A stretch of 63,176 bases of DNA, filler included, from Halocafeteria seosinensis (Eukaryota), in NCBI GenBank assembly GCA_001687465.1. It is 7 parts of 7 records of this genome, joined end to end, with 100 filler letters (N's around TTAATTAATTAA, not from the genome) between each part and the next. Parts side by side here need not be neighbours in the genome. Positions count along the whole stretch, not along the records: positions 31,827 to 53,348 come from LVLI01000073.1; positions 53,449 to 58,966 come from LVLI01000075.1; 5 more parts are not named here. One strand, written 5' to 3'. The notes beneath the pieces were generated by a model. The model was not told where the DNA came from and did not search any database. It was given only the letters and a program-made list of their open reading frames with translations. Made by a program: the position numbers and the translations under genes. This document shows positions 46,494 through 57,012 of the stretch, in pieces. The number at the start of each line of letters is the position of its first letter. Position 1 is the stretch's first letter.

Positions 46494-48983
46494 TTGCAAA
46501 CGTATAGCGAGGGGAGCAACGGAGTCACAAGTGAGTGCTTAGTTATCTGTTATTCAGAGGTGATATGTCGGCGAACCAGGCTGTCACACATCTTACAGGA
46601 AGTTCTGCTACTACGAGTAGAAAGGATGCGGCAGGTATGCGGTGTTATGCATTTGGTCGAATGTCATACTATTAAGACTCAGTTGCTAACTGTATTCTTA
46701 GGAACAGCGACCGGCAGCAGGGAACCTGTAAGCTATAGGAATAACAATCTGCCTTCTCCATCTCATGGTACGTCGAATACGACGCTAGTCGTGTTCGCGG
46801 CACACTCTCTTCAACACTTTACGACTTTCGATACAGAATCTTGTGACGCTGTGTCCGAGGTCGTGGAATCGTTCACGAACTGGTTTAAGTATCAATACGG
46901 GCAATACCCCAAACTGGGACGCTACAGTTTGATTGGCCCTTTTGGAAAGGCAATGCCATTTCTCGGCCGCGAGGAAACGGAAAAAACAGCGAAAAAGTTG
47001 CTGTTGGATAGACTAGGAGCCATCAAGTCGCGGGACCGACAGGATCATCCGATAGGTGTAATTGCAGCACCTCCGGGTCTCGGGAAGAGTAGGAGTCTAC
47101 AGGAGTTGGGGTCTGTTTTACACAAGAATGTGCCTCGTCACCACTCATACTCATGGTACTATACACTCTTGCTTACTTACAACTCGGGACAACCTCCTGT
47201 ACAGGGAGCGGAAACACGATGTAACGATGCCAAAACTGCGACAGTAGCGTTTTCTTTAAGGATGCTTTTTTTCGCGCTCGTATATCCACAACGTCTGGAA
47301 ACGTCGTTTGGAACTTTCTATCAGAATTGTATTAAATCATACTCCGATATTAATCAGCTGAGTCCGATTGCCGCTGTTGAGATAATTGATTCTCTTCAGC
47401 GAAAGCCGGATGACGATCGAATTGGTGTGCTCTATTTAGGAGTGGATGAGTTTAACATACTTCTGCGGGACCCGTATTCAACTGATGAAAGAAAAGATCT
47501 AATGCCTGTTGTGGATGTGCTTTCTCAGCTCGCACTTGCTACAGCCAAAAACACATTCGTTTTTCCTGTCATGTCTGGAACTACCATGAATCCTTTGAGT
47601 TCTATTCTTCGTGACTCTCAGTATTCATACAGGCAGATCCCGCTTCGCTTACTCTCTGATGAGGAGCTGGGCCGTATAATAAGCAGTGTATCCAGAGAAA
47701 GAGGGTGGGAGGAAACGGAATGGCGAACGCATACAAACCTCCTCAATGAATTCTTCGACTATGGGAAACTTCCACGCCTCGCAGAAAAGTTTCTCAGGTT
47801 TTGCAGTGATCATTATGCGGAGCACGATGGGAACTTTAAGTCCCTGGCGATTAGCTCTATTTGTAGTAATCTGAGTAATGAGTTGGTTAGCTCGTATCTT
47901 TCTTTGGCCGATTATTTACAGACGCTCGTTGAAGATATTATTTTAAAGGCACCCGTTTGCCGGGACGGGCCGATACTACCAGGCGGGAGGTTTACCTATG
48001 GAGAAGCAGAGAGGTGGGGGATTGTATTGTCTCTTAATAAAGAAACCCTATTTGTGGACGCATCCTATCCAATGCTTAAAGCAATGGTTGACGCTGTTGT
48101 CCGGTATCAAAAGTATCCGCGACAATTCTTTTTACTTTCCGAGCTACTTCAGTCCCTTCAAAATGGTCTTGCATGCTGGCAAGATTTTGAAAATCTCTGT
48201 GCAATGTACGAAGCAGTACGCGAAATGTTCCTATTCAGCAGGAAGAAACGACATGGTCAGACGACGGCGATATATTTGAAGGACTTTTACTTCTCTGCAG
48301 TGTCGAAACCAAGCAGCGCGAATCCGCGATTGGAATTACAGGAAACTGTAGAGGTACATTGTCTTGACCATAGAGTACATGGTTGCTGTGAGTTCGGAAT
48401 CGATGTCAACACTGGATCCGCTATTCCCCGCGGCGACACAACTTCGGTTCTCATAAATGGCGACGGAGCAGCGTTTGATACGTTTCGTGATAGAAAAGAG
48501 CTCGCTGGTCGTCGTTGCCCAGTATGGCGTATAGCAACACAGGAGAAGTTTTACCTCAACACTGAAGTAACTGTGTCACAAATACAGGGGGAAATCCAGA
48601 AAGTAAGATCTGCGCTGAGGAACAGCCGCTTTCAATCTAATCACATCCTCATTGTGTACGCCACTCGGCTAAAGAGGGAATTGACAAAGGAAATCCTCCC
48701 TTCCAATTGCTTCGTTATTTCTGGAGAGGAGCTTCAGGAATTTTTGGGTTATGCAATTTCCAGCAGAGCACTTAGGAAGCTTCCTCCTCCGGTACTCGAA
48801 GTCAACACTGAGACTTTCTCACAGTTACGAACTCGACCCGGCATTGGAACTCGTGGCGCAAGCGCCGTTATCGCAGAAAGAACGAAGAATTACATTCGGG
48901 ATGCGACAGATATGATTACACGCTTTTCCAGGTTTGTCCGATTGAAAGAGGAAGCGCTACAAACGAACTTTGGCCCAAAGTAA
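46494..48983 (+). CDS. Crinkler-like NTPase plus restriction-endonuclease-fold protein with C-terminal helix-hairpin-helix (5' structure uncertain)
   Basis: PFLGRE; Walker A AAPPGLGKSR; Walker B LYLGVDEFN; WQDFE; INGDGAAFD...IATQEK nuclease core; EVNTETFSQLRTRPGIGTRGASAVIAER HhH. Confidence 0.82.
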   Translation: MQTYSEGSNGVTSECLVICYSEVICRRTRLSHILQEVLLLRVERMRQVCGVMHLVECHTIKTQLLTVFLGTATGSREPVSYRNNNLPSPSHGTSNTTLVVFAAHSLQHFTTFDTESCDAVSEVVESFTNWFKYQYGQYPKLGRYSLIGPFGKAMPFLGREETEKTAKKLLLDRLGAIKSRDRQDHPIGVIAAPPGLGKSRSLQELGSVLHKNVPRHHSYSWYYTLLLTYNSGQPPVQGAETRCNDAKTATVAFSLRMLFFALVYPQRLETSFGTFYQNCIKSYSDINQLSPIAAVEIIDSLQRKPDDDRIGVLYLGVDEFNILLRDPYSTDERKDLMPVVDVLSQLALATAKNTFVFPVMSGTTMNPLSSILRDSQYSYRQIPLRLLSDEELGRIISSVSRERGWEETEWRTHTNLLNEFFDYGKLPRLAEKFLRFCSDHYAEHDGNFKSLAISSICSNLSNELVSSYLSLADYLQTLVEDIILKAPVCRDGPILPGGRFTYGEAERWGIVLSLNKETLFVDASYPMLKAMVDAVVRYQKYPRQFFLLSELLQSLQNGLACWQDFENLCAMYEAVREMFLFSRKKRHGQTTAIYLKDFYFSAVSKPSSANPRLELQETVEVHCLDHRVHGCCEFGIDVNTGSAIPRGDTTSVLINGDGAAFDTFRDRKELAGRRCPVWRIATQEKFYLNTEVTVSQIQGEIQKVRSALRNSRFQSNHILIVYATRLKRELTKEILPSNCFVISGEELQEFLGYAISSRALRKLPPPVLEVNTETFSQLRTRPGIGTRGASAVIAERTKNYIRDATDMITRFSRFVRLKEEALQTNFGPK

Positions 48984-49957
48984 AGAAAAGCATGGAGTAC
49001 ATAGTGTGTTCAGGCTACGTACTGAGTCAGTAATGTACGGTATTTGCAGGCATCAAAAGCTGCAAGACAGACTTGACATTCGGATCAGTTTATGAAAGTT
49101 ATGAATGGAACGAAGTAACATATCCATCCAACTACTACGGAACATACCATCGTAGCATGTCCTACAACCATATGCAGTGCCATGGACTATTGTCGTCAGT
49201 AGGTCAANTGCTCTTCGAGTACTCTGTGTGCTGTACAATGCAGTGTAGCTCAGTAGCTTATGTAATGCTTGCGGATGCTTTGTTATCAACTTTACGCAGC
49301 GATATCCTGACTGGTTCATGAGTTGGCTTTCCAGCCTTGAGCGCACTCGTCTCTCCTCTACTTTGACGACGAAGATGTGACTGACTTCTCTAACAGGGTC
49401 TTGTTAGCAGTACTGACCAGCTGATACTGATGCACCAAATAAGGATTCGCTACTCAACCGTGCGGCCTCCAGTGACTATGACCGTCAGGAAGTCTGAAAC
49501 TGGCCCAGCGTCAGCGAAATTACATTGTATGACAACGATGACCTGCACACAGTGAGCAGTGAGTGCATGTGGTCGCTCAGTGATTGTAGTGATTGGGAAT
49601 CCTCACGGCAAATACAGTGAGTCTGTCAAGAAGGACGAAGTCAATATGAGATGGTTGTTTGATGAGGCGCGGCCTTGGGGATACCGATCAGTACCTCACA
49701 TCATGACTTATTCTGTGAATTATTTCTGTCACATCGTACTTCACAGTCGGTGCGGGAAAGTGCGGAATCTATCCAAAGAGCTTCAAGGGCTGTTCAAGGT
49801 CAAGATCCAACGTCTGGGGGTTGTTAGTGAAGTACACTCATGCGTGAAGTAAAAATTGCTCTGAAGCAACTTAAGAATAGTTTTCAACGAATTCATCAGG
49901 ACGTCTCAACGGTCTCATCCACACACAGGAAAGAGGAGAGCGCCACCCCGAGAAAAA

Positions 49958-50890
49958 ATGAGTGGAGAAACCGGTACTGCGACCAACAACAACAAAAGAT
50001 ATGTTCTGCAGTTCGGCTTGGCCCGCGAGAACGTGGGCCTTGACCAAAAGCAGACCAAAGCCTTGACTGAAGACATGAGAAAAGCAATCTTTGAACTTGT
50101 TGCTGCTGCATGGGGGGTTTCCCCAGAGACTTACAAATCGGAGATTGCCTTGCCAAGGAAAGCGTGGATGGTCAATGCAAGAGAAGACGTTAGCAAAAAC
50201 AAGGATCTCGAGGTAATGAAAGAGTCCCTTCCAGAATCGAAATTCAACATTGTTAATTTTCTTAACATGCATGAGTTTTCCACCAACTGTAAACGCGCGG
50301 GGCCTGTTCGTGATTTGCTCCTTTCCGACCGCAAAGCGCTGGAACAGTTTCTCAACCGACTGTGGGATGCATCGAGTGAGTGCCTGCTTCTGAACCAACT
50401 ATTTGAGTCGGATTCTCAGAAGGGACTTCGGGCATCCATGCCTTGGGCCTTCTTTTACTGCATTCAAAAGTTTATGGAAGACCGTCAAGAAGATGATGCA
50501 GCCTGCTGCCAGTTTGCGGAGCAGCTCTTCCTCGTCATGCACATCCTCGTGAAGGAGTATCTTAATGGCCTGGTATCACTGCTCTGTGAGCTTGACGAAC
50601 ACCATTTCTCGGATGATCGCGATGATGCTTACAGCATTGAAATCCCCGAATACATCTGGAGCTACGCACAGCCCACGGAGGATAGTGGCAATGATTCTAT
50701 GAAGAATGCGACATTGCAGAATTTGCAAGCTCTTAGAAAGAAAAAGCAAGCTGAGCTGCAACCAAGCTCTTCGAACAATGGAAATGATCCTAATCAACAG
50801 CTGTTGCATTTATTGCTCCGTGGACTGCGACAGTCTAGCAATGATAACACCGACGCCAGCGGCGATGCGAGCCCAGTGGACCCTCGGTAG
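49958..50890 (+). CDS. Hypothetical protein, tandem paralogue 1 (310 aa)
   Basis: Aligns end to end with 51460-52386, with many synonymous differences. Confidence 0.85.
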   Translation: MSGETGTATNNNKRYVLQFGLARENVGLDQKQTKALTEDMRKAIFELVAAAWGVSPETYKSEIALPRKAWMVNAREDVSKNKDLEVMKESLPESKFNIVNFLNMHEFSTNCKRAGPVRDLLLSDRKALEQFLNRLWDASSECLLLNQLFESDSQKGLRASMPWAFFYCIQKFMEDRQEDDAACCQFAEQLFLVMHILVKEYLNGLVSLLCELDEHHFSDDRDDAYSIEIPEYIWSYAQPTEDSGNDSMKNATLQNLQALRKKKQAELQPSSSNNGNDPNQQLLHLLLRGLRQSSNDNTDASGDASPVDPR

Positions 50891-51459
50891 CCGTGGCAAT
50901 CGACGATGTACCACCACCCAAGTACGCCTTGTAGGAACTGTAAGTAGGCTAAAATAAAAGAACAATAAATATTGGAAATGTTGGGTTGAAAAGAAGCCAA
51001 AGCGATACAATAGGCACCAAGCAGTATTTAGTTAAAGCAACTTGAACGGTTGTTACAACTTGTTAGATCACATCCATGAGGGGCTGTAGCTGGCTGCATA
51101 CTGTATCTTCTGTTCGCCTGCTACGTTCCACGATCTAATGTAGCGAATTCTGGCGTTGTATAAACCCTACGGTTTGTAGGTGAGCGAGTGAGATTTCGAT
51201 AAAGGTGACCCTGACTGGCCAGGCTTCTTGGGTGTTGTCAGAACTTCCTGGGGAGTACCCTGCGGGAGTACCAGCGTCGACAGAACAGAGAAATAGGTAT
51301 TTGGTTGAAGCGGATTGTCAGTGCATCACACATATTCGCGTGAGAAAAACAAGGTTTTTCAACTCAACGTTCCAAAGTTCATCGCGCTTTGCTATATCAC
51401 TCGCTCATTGAACCGGGAGGGCTATCTACCGATATACTCATATATCCGAAAGGCGAAAA

Positions 51460-52386
51460 ATGAGTGCAGAAACCGGTGCTGCGACCAACAAGAAAAGATA
51501 TGCTCTGCAGTTCGGCTTGGCCCGAGAGACGGTTGGGCTCGATCACAAGCAGACCAAAGTTTTGACTGGAGACATGAAGAATGCCCTTTTCGAACTTCTC
51601 GCTGCCGCATGGGGAGTTTCCCCAGAAACGTACAAATCAGAAATTGCGCTTCCAAGGAAAGCGTGGATAGTGAATGCCAGAGATGCGGTGAACAAGGAAA
51701 AAGATCTCGAGACGATGAAGGCGTCCCTGCCAGATTCAACATTCAACATTGTTAGTTTTCTCAACATGCATGAATTTTCCACTAATTGCAAGCGTGCGGG
51801 ACCGGTCCGCGACATGCTACTTTCCGATCGTAAAGCGCTGGAGCAGTTCCTCAGCCGCATGTGGAATGCATCGGGGCAATGTCTTCTCCTGAACCAACTC
51901 TTCGAGTCGGATTCTCAGAAAGGACTTCGAGCATCAATGCCAGCTGCCTTTTTCTATTGCATTCGGAAATTCATGGACGAGCGCCAAGAAGATGATGCAG
52001 CCTGCTGTCAATTTGCGGAACAGCTCTTCCTTGTGATGCACATCCTCGTGAAGGATTTCCTAAATGGGCTCGTATCACTGCTCTGTGAACTCGACGAGCA
52101 TCACTTTTCGGATGACGGTGATGACGCTTACAGCATCGAAATTCCAGAGTACATCTGGAGTTACTCACAGCCAGCGGAAGGTGCTGATGGTTCTGTGAAG
52201 AATTCGACTGTGGAGCGTTTACAGTTACTCCGGAAGAACAAGCAGTCCCAACTGCAGCCGAACTCTTCGAACAATCAAAATGATACTAATCAGCAACTTC
52301 TGCATTTGCTACTTCGTGGATTGCGTCAGTCAAGCAGTGACAACACTGACAAGCTTGGGGATGCAAGTCCCGTAGACCCCCTGTAA
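51460..52386 (+). CDS. Hypothetical protein, tandem paralogue 2 (308 aa)
   Basis: For example KRAGPVR is encoded by AAACGCGCGGGGCCTGTTCGT in one copy and AAGCGTGCGGGACCGGTCCGC in the other. Confidence 0.85.
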   Translation: MSAETGAATNKKRYALQFGLARETVGLDHKQTKVLTGDMKNALFELLAAAWGVSPETYKSEIALPRKAWIVNARDAVNKEKDLETMKASLPDSTFNIVSFLNMHEFSTNCKRAGPVRDMLLSDRKALEQFLSRMWNASGQCLLLNQLFESDSQKGLRASMPAAFFYCIRKFMDERQEDDAACCQFAEQLFLVMHILVKDFLNGLVSLLCELDEHHFSDDGDDAYSIEIPEYIWSYSQPAEGADGSVKNSTVERLQLLRKNKQSQLQPNSSNNQNDTNQQLLHLLLRGLRQSSSDNTDKLGDASPVDPL

Positions 52387-52715
52387 GCAAATATACCTCC
52401 TTCATACAGTGAATGTTGGAGGAACTAAAATGATACAACCTACTATGCTTTTTGCCACACGTGTATGGCTGCCACTGTCTTTGAGCGCACGGACAGTTTC
52501 GCTAAGTGCAAACTCGCCTAGCGGTACTGACTTGTAATCTGGCAGTTCCCACTCGTAGTACATTCATTGTACAAGCTATTCCCGAATGAAACAAGTCAGT
52601 ACTTCGAGTTATCTCATATATGCATTCCGTCAATTTTCCTGTTCCGCAACTCATGTAGTGAGGCTTTTAAAGGAACGTTCAAGTGGGTTGAAGACATTGA
52701 AAGCCTCACTTGATT

Positions 52716-53230
52716 CGGCCCATCGCTGCTTAACACGGGCGCATACCGCTCCTCGTTAAGAGGATGCGGTCAACTTCCCGGCCGGTGGGCTATCTGTCAC
52801 AATTGTGTGTGCGTGATTCGGCCAGTTCTAGAATGTGGAAGCTCACATTTACGCACGATTGTTGGTAAGGGAGATTGGTCCATTTGTAGTGCAAATGTAC
52901 ATAATGTAGTTCTACCGATAATACCCCGCCCAAAGGAGGATGCGAACGTTGTCTATTTTTTGATTCTCCTGATGAAAACCCATGCTCGACAACACAGCGA
53001 AACTTAAACACTAACATTCGCGGAAACTCCTATAATCTGGGCTATGTTGACGAAACTGAGCTGGACGCAATTCCTGGGGCATGTCAATGGTAGCAACTGC
53101 TTCGTCTGGGGCAAAGCTTAACCGTGTAACTGCGCTGCTGCAACCGGTCCTGCAGTCGCTGTGGCAGACACAGGGCCTTCTCCTCCCAGACTGAGCCTTG
53201 CAGGTAATCCTGACGTCGTTGTCGCAGGTG
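52716..53230. mobile_element. Scrambled fragments of the same RNase H retroelement 3' region
   Basis: About 52716-52810 is the inverse of about 37870-37965; about 53035-53135 is a direct copy of about 38320-38415; about 53135-53225 is the inverse of about 38050-38140. Confidence 0.75.
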
Positions 53231-53348
53231 TAGCGCACACTCGTTGCCTCATGAGCATACCAGGTAATCAGTATTGCGTTCGCCCGGTATTCCTCCCCTC
53301 CCCATCACCGAAACTAGCACTTACAATGACCACTGAGCACTTCATTTC

Positions 53349-53448
53349 NNNNNNNNNNNNNNNNNNNNNNNNNNNNNNNNNNNNNNNNNNNNTTAATTAA
53401 TTAANNNNNNNNNNNNNNNNNNNNNNNNNNNNNNNNNNNNNNNNNNNN
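53349..53448. other. Artificial 100-bp linker
   Basis: N-run/TTAATTAATTAA/N-run. Confidence 0.99.
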
Positions 53449-54435
53449 GTCTTAGCCAAGCGGTCGGCAGCCGCGTTTGAAGCCCTGCGTATGAACCTAA
53501 TCTCTGCGCTCCTCACCATTGGGAGGTTCTTAAGGTGGAACCATTCAGTCCGTGCCCTTTCGAAGAGCGGGATGAGCTTATCCTTGCGGCACTGTGCTTC
53601 GCCATTCATGTGATCCACCATCGTTTGTGAGTCGCATTCCATGCGGACGTCCACCGGGGCTGGTAACTCACTTGGGGGTGCATCAAGCGCTTCGAAGACC
53701 AGTTTCAGTCCCAGCAGCAGGCCTTCGTATTCGGCTTCGTTGTTAGTCTTGTGTGGCCCAACGTACTGGCTTGAGAGGCCTAACTGGAGTTTAGTGCCAG
53801 CTGGCCCAACCCTGAGCATACAGCCAGCACCTGCGTGCCCTGGGTTGCCCTTGGAAGCGCCATCGGTATGGCAGAGGAGGCCTTCGAAGACATCCGTTTC
53901 GTTTATGACTGGTGGAAGGTCAGCTGCACACATCAGTCCCAGCTCCGAGGGTACATGTTCCACCACTGAGGATTGTGATTCCGAGGGTGGCTGCGGAGTT
54001 GGCAAGGCCAGAGCAGCCTGGACGCCAGCCTGGCTGGGGTTCTGCGGGATAACAGTTGGATGTTGAAGCTGAGGCGGTTGAGGGCCTTGAGGCGCTGCTT
54101 GCGCCACGTTGGCGTTGATGTCCCCCGTTGTCTCAGGATTGTTGAGGCCCTCTATCTGGGTAGTGAAGTCGTGAAATGATCCGCAAAAGGCGTCCACCAT
54201 TTTGCACTGACATTTGACCAGCGTAACCCCGAGAGACGACGAAGATGTGACTGATGGCCCAGAGAGAGGAGATGAGCTTTTGTTTTTCGCAAGCTTTCAC
54301 ATATCGCGAGGCGCCTAGCGGCACCACGGCATCAGTCAGGCGACCCACCAGGTCCAACAATGTCTTGGAGAAGCCACCGTACGCTTCAATGGCAGCCGGG
54401 AGGAAAACAGCTTTCTGGTCACATGTGCGGGTGAT
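53449..54435 (-). mobile_element. Non-LTR retroelement fragment: RLE-type C-terminal motif followed by RNase HI domain
   Basis: FLPAAIEAYGGFSK resembles the CRE/R2-type RLE C-terminal motif. After a frameshift comes CHTDGASKGNPGHAGAG...TNNEAEYEGLLLGL...CDSQ...IRRASNAAADRLA, with the full DEDD set of RNase HI. Confidence 0.72.
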
Positions 54436-54441
54436 ACTTGT

Positions 54442-54756
54442 ACAAGTGCCATGTACGGCCAGGTACATCAACCCATGTGCATGTTCATTATTATTGGATT
54501 GCAATGACCTCATACATTTCAATTCGTCTCAGCAAAACGTGTAATTCCATTTTAGTTTCATTTAGTAAGTCTGGATGCTGTGGATGGATGGAAGGTATTG
54601 AACCCGGAGATTCTGCGGGAGCTATACTGAGTGTCTACGGCTTAAGCAGCGATTTTTTGTCCATTTTATTCATCGCATGGTATACATTGTTTATATTTTC
54701 ATACCTACCCTGGGCATCATCAACTATAATGGCGGCTAAAAGCGTGAAATCTGATA
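54442..54756 (+). mobile_element. Diverged 5' fragment of the hAT family seen at 38928-40753
   Basis: Colinear with about 39058-39375, ending in ATGGCGGCTAAAAGCGTGAAATCTGATA (start of the transposase). Confidence 0.85.
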
Positions 54757-57012
54757 CAGTCGTTCAAATAAGTAGGTAACATCGGGGTGTTACCTGGATT
54801 TTTGCACAAGTCATTTTGGGGACTGAGTCACTGAAACAAAAGGTACTGGGTCAAAAAATTCGGGGAAGACGAAGGGCAAAGCGACGCCTGAGGGGGGTCC
54901 CATCTTTCCCTTGATATGGGGGCTTGAATTTTGGAGGTGCGGAAAAAGATCGAAAACCCCGTTACCTGGATTTGTGCACAGTGGTTTTCGCCATTTACAC
55001 ACCAACCGCGTGCCCAATGCAAGCTTTGAAAACTGCTCCTTAATATACAACTGTTTGCGAGTGAATAGGTGTGAAAACTGTATTTTTACGCTTTTTATTG
55101 AGGAAGATACTCGCCCTTAATGTTTTGCGACCGCGCGGACGTTGAAGTTGGGTACAGAGAATTCAAATGGGGAAACTGGATCATCAAACTCCCGCTGGTA
55201 GGCGCTACAATGCCATAATCGTGCACACATGGATTCGGAAAGGAACAGACAAAAGCGTCAATCATATCCAAAGTGTTCTTGAGAAGAAGGAGGAAACCAT
55301 AGCTGCGTATTCAAAGGGAAAATCGGCACGCAGGCTGGCGTGCGACTGGAGAAAACGGATGAGAAGTCAGCTAGACATCAATAATCTACCTCAACAAGGG
55401 CAGGTGATAGATTTCGAAGTAGCTAAATCAATTTACCATCAGATGTTCCACATGGATAGATGTGGAAAGGAAAGCTTATCCAAAAATACTTCGTTGAAGC
55501 AGACTCATCGGTCTACGCCGAGTTAGCGTTGCGCATACAGTAAAAGAGATGCGGCTCCTCGGATTTAACGATAAAAGAGCACTTACCTACACCCCCGTTA
55601 TCTCATCCGATGGGGCAATACTGGTATCACAGCTCATAGTGCCTGGTTTATCAGTTGGAGAGGAGGAGGAAGAAGCAATGTGGCAGGAGGCAGAGCATCT
55701 GAAGTACTGCTCGTGAATCACTCGGCAGGGAGAAAGCGGTGGCAGCACCAGCGCACTTTCCGCAAGCTAATAGCATCTATCAACACGTATGTGAAATCCC
55801 GGATTGCAAACTCGGGCGTGGGGCTCACGGCGGCAGTTCTCGTAGTGGACTGCGCGGGCACACGTCAGCTGCCGCTCTTGAGGTTTTGCAGGAGTACTCG
55901 ATGATCGTCCCACTGTTCGTTCCTCCAAGGATGACGTCAGTGCTGCAGCCTCTTGATAAGGCGTTTTTCGCTCCATTCAAGAAACTTTCGAAATCGTCCG
56001 TCTCCCGGTTCATACTGTCATGTAGCAACAAGCTCTGCTCTCTTCCTGCTCGGGACAGACCGCTGTACCTTGAGCAGTGCATGGCGAAGAAAACATAATG
56101 TAGCACCTTACTTTCGAATGGATTCCAAGCTGCCTCAAGCGTATGTCTCCCAAAGTTGTTCGTAGAGGTTGGAATGAAGTTTGTTGTGGAGTGTTCCCTA
56201 TGTTGGAGAATGGGCTGCACCACTCGCAGGTCGATTTGGACTCTTCATTCTGGGAATGCCATTTTCAGAAGGTAGGACAATGGCCGAACTTCCAGGAGAC
56301 TGCCAAGCTGAAAGATATACTTCACGGCGGTAGTCTGTCGCACTATGGGATACCTTATCTGAAGAACCTGTGTCATGAGAGGAAGCTGAAAGGACTGGCA
56401 GCAAGCACCAACTGGTCGACAGACTGCAGAAGTACCAGGCAGATGTAGAGGAACACGAGGAATTCGCAGTTGGTGTTGAAGACGAAAACGAAGAGGACAC
56501 GGACGCATCTCAAGACGAAGTAGAGGACATCATTACTTACGAAGCTGAGGAGAAGGAGGCTTCTGAAAATGACGAGGAAGTCCCGCCGAGGCCGAGCTTG
56601 AAGATGAGGCTCCTCCAGATATGGACGCATTATTCGAAATTGAGCCATTCGTTAGATACATCGAGGAATTAGATGCGATGGAAGTAAAATGGAAGGGCTA
56701 TGGCAGCAGAAATAACACCAAAAAACCATGCACGAAACTCGTAATAGACCTCGGAAGAAGGCAGTTCGACTCTCTGAGCCGCCCGGTTATGGACCTCTAT
56801 CAGGAACCGGCCCGTAAAAGGCGCAAATGATGATATTCAGCTACTTTTTTTGCACATACATGCTTTTTTACACTTAAAATACTGGAATACAATGCACATT
56901 TTTATTAAACGACCTGCATTGTGCTCTTGTGTATAGCGTTACCTGGAATTTTGCACGGACATTTTGCAAGTTCAACAAAAAACGAGGTGTTACCTACTTA
57001 TTTGAACGACTG
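54757..57012 (+). mobile_element. pogo-like (Tc1/mariner superfamily) DNA transposon, 2256 bp
   Basis: 25-bp perfect TIRs CAGTCGTTCAAATAAGTAGGTAACA (54757-54781 and 56988-57012); TA on the left flank only; internal GTTACCTGGA...TGCAC repeats near both ends. Confidence 0.92.
55167..56830 (+). pseudogene. Frameshifted DDE_1-type transposase with SAP-like, acidic and chromo-like C-terminal modules
   Basis: GFNDKRALTYTPVISSDG, AVLVVDCAG and PLFVPPRMTSVLQPLDKAFFAPFK lie in different frames; IPYLKNLCHERKLK (SAP-like); FEIEPFV...MEVKWKGYGSRNNT (chromo-like). Confidence 0.78.

Noticed and set aside
49365..49384. 20-bp match GACGACGAAGATGTGACTGA to about 54235-54254
   Set aside because: May be a further retroelement remnant, but the flanks do not visibly align.
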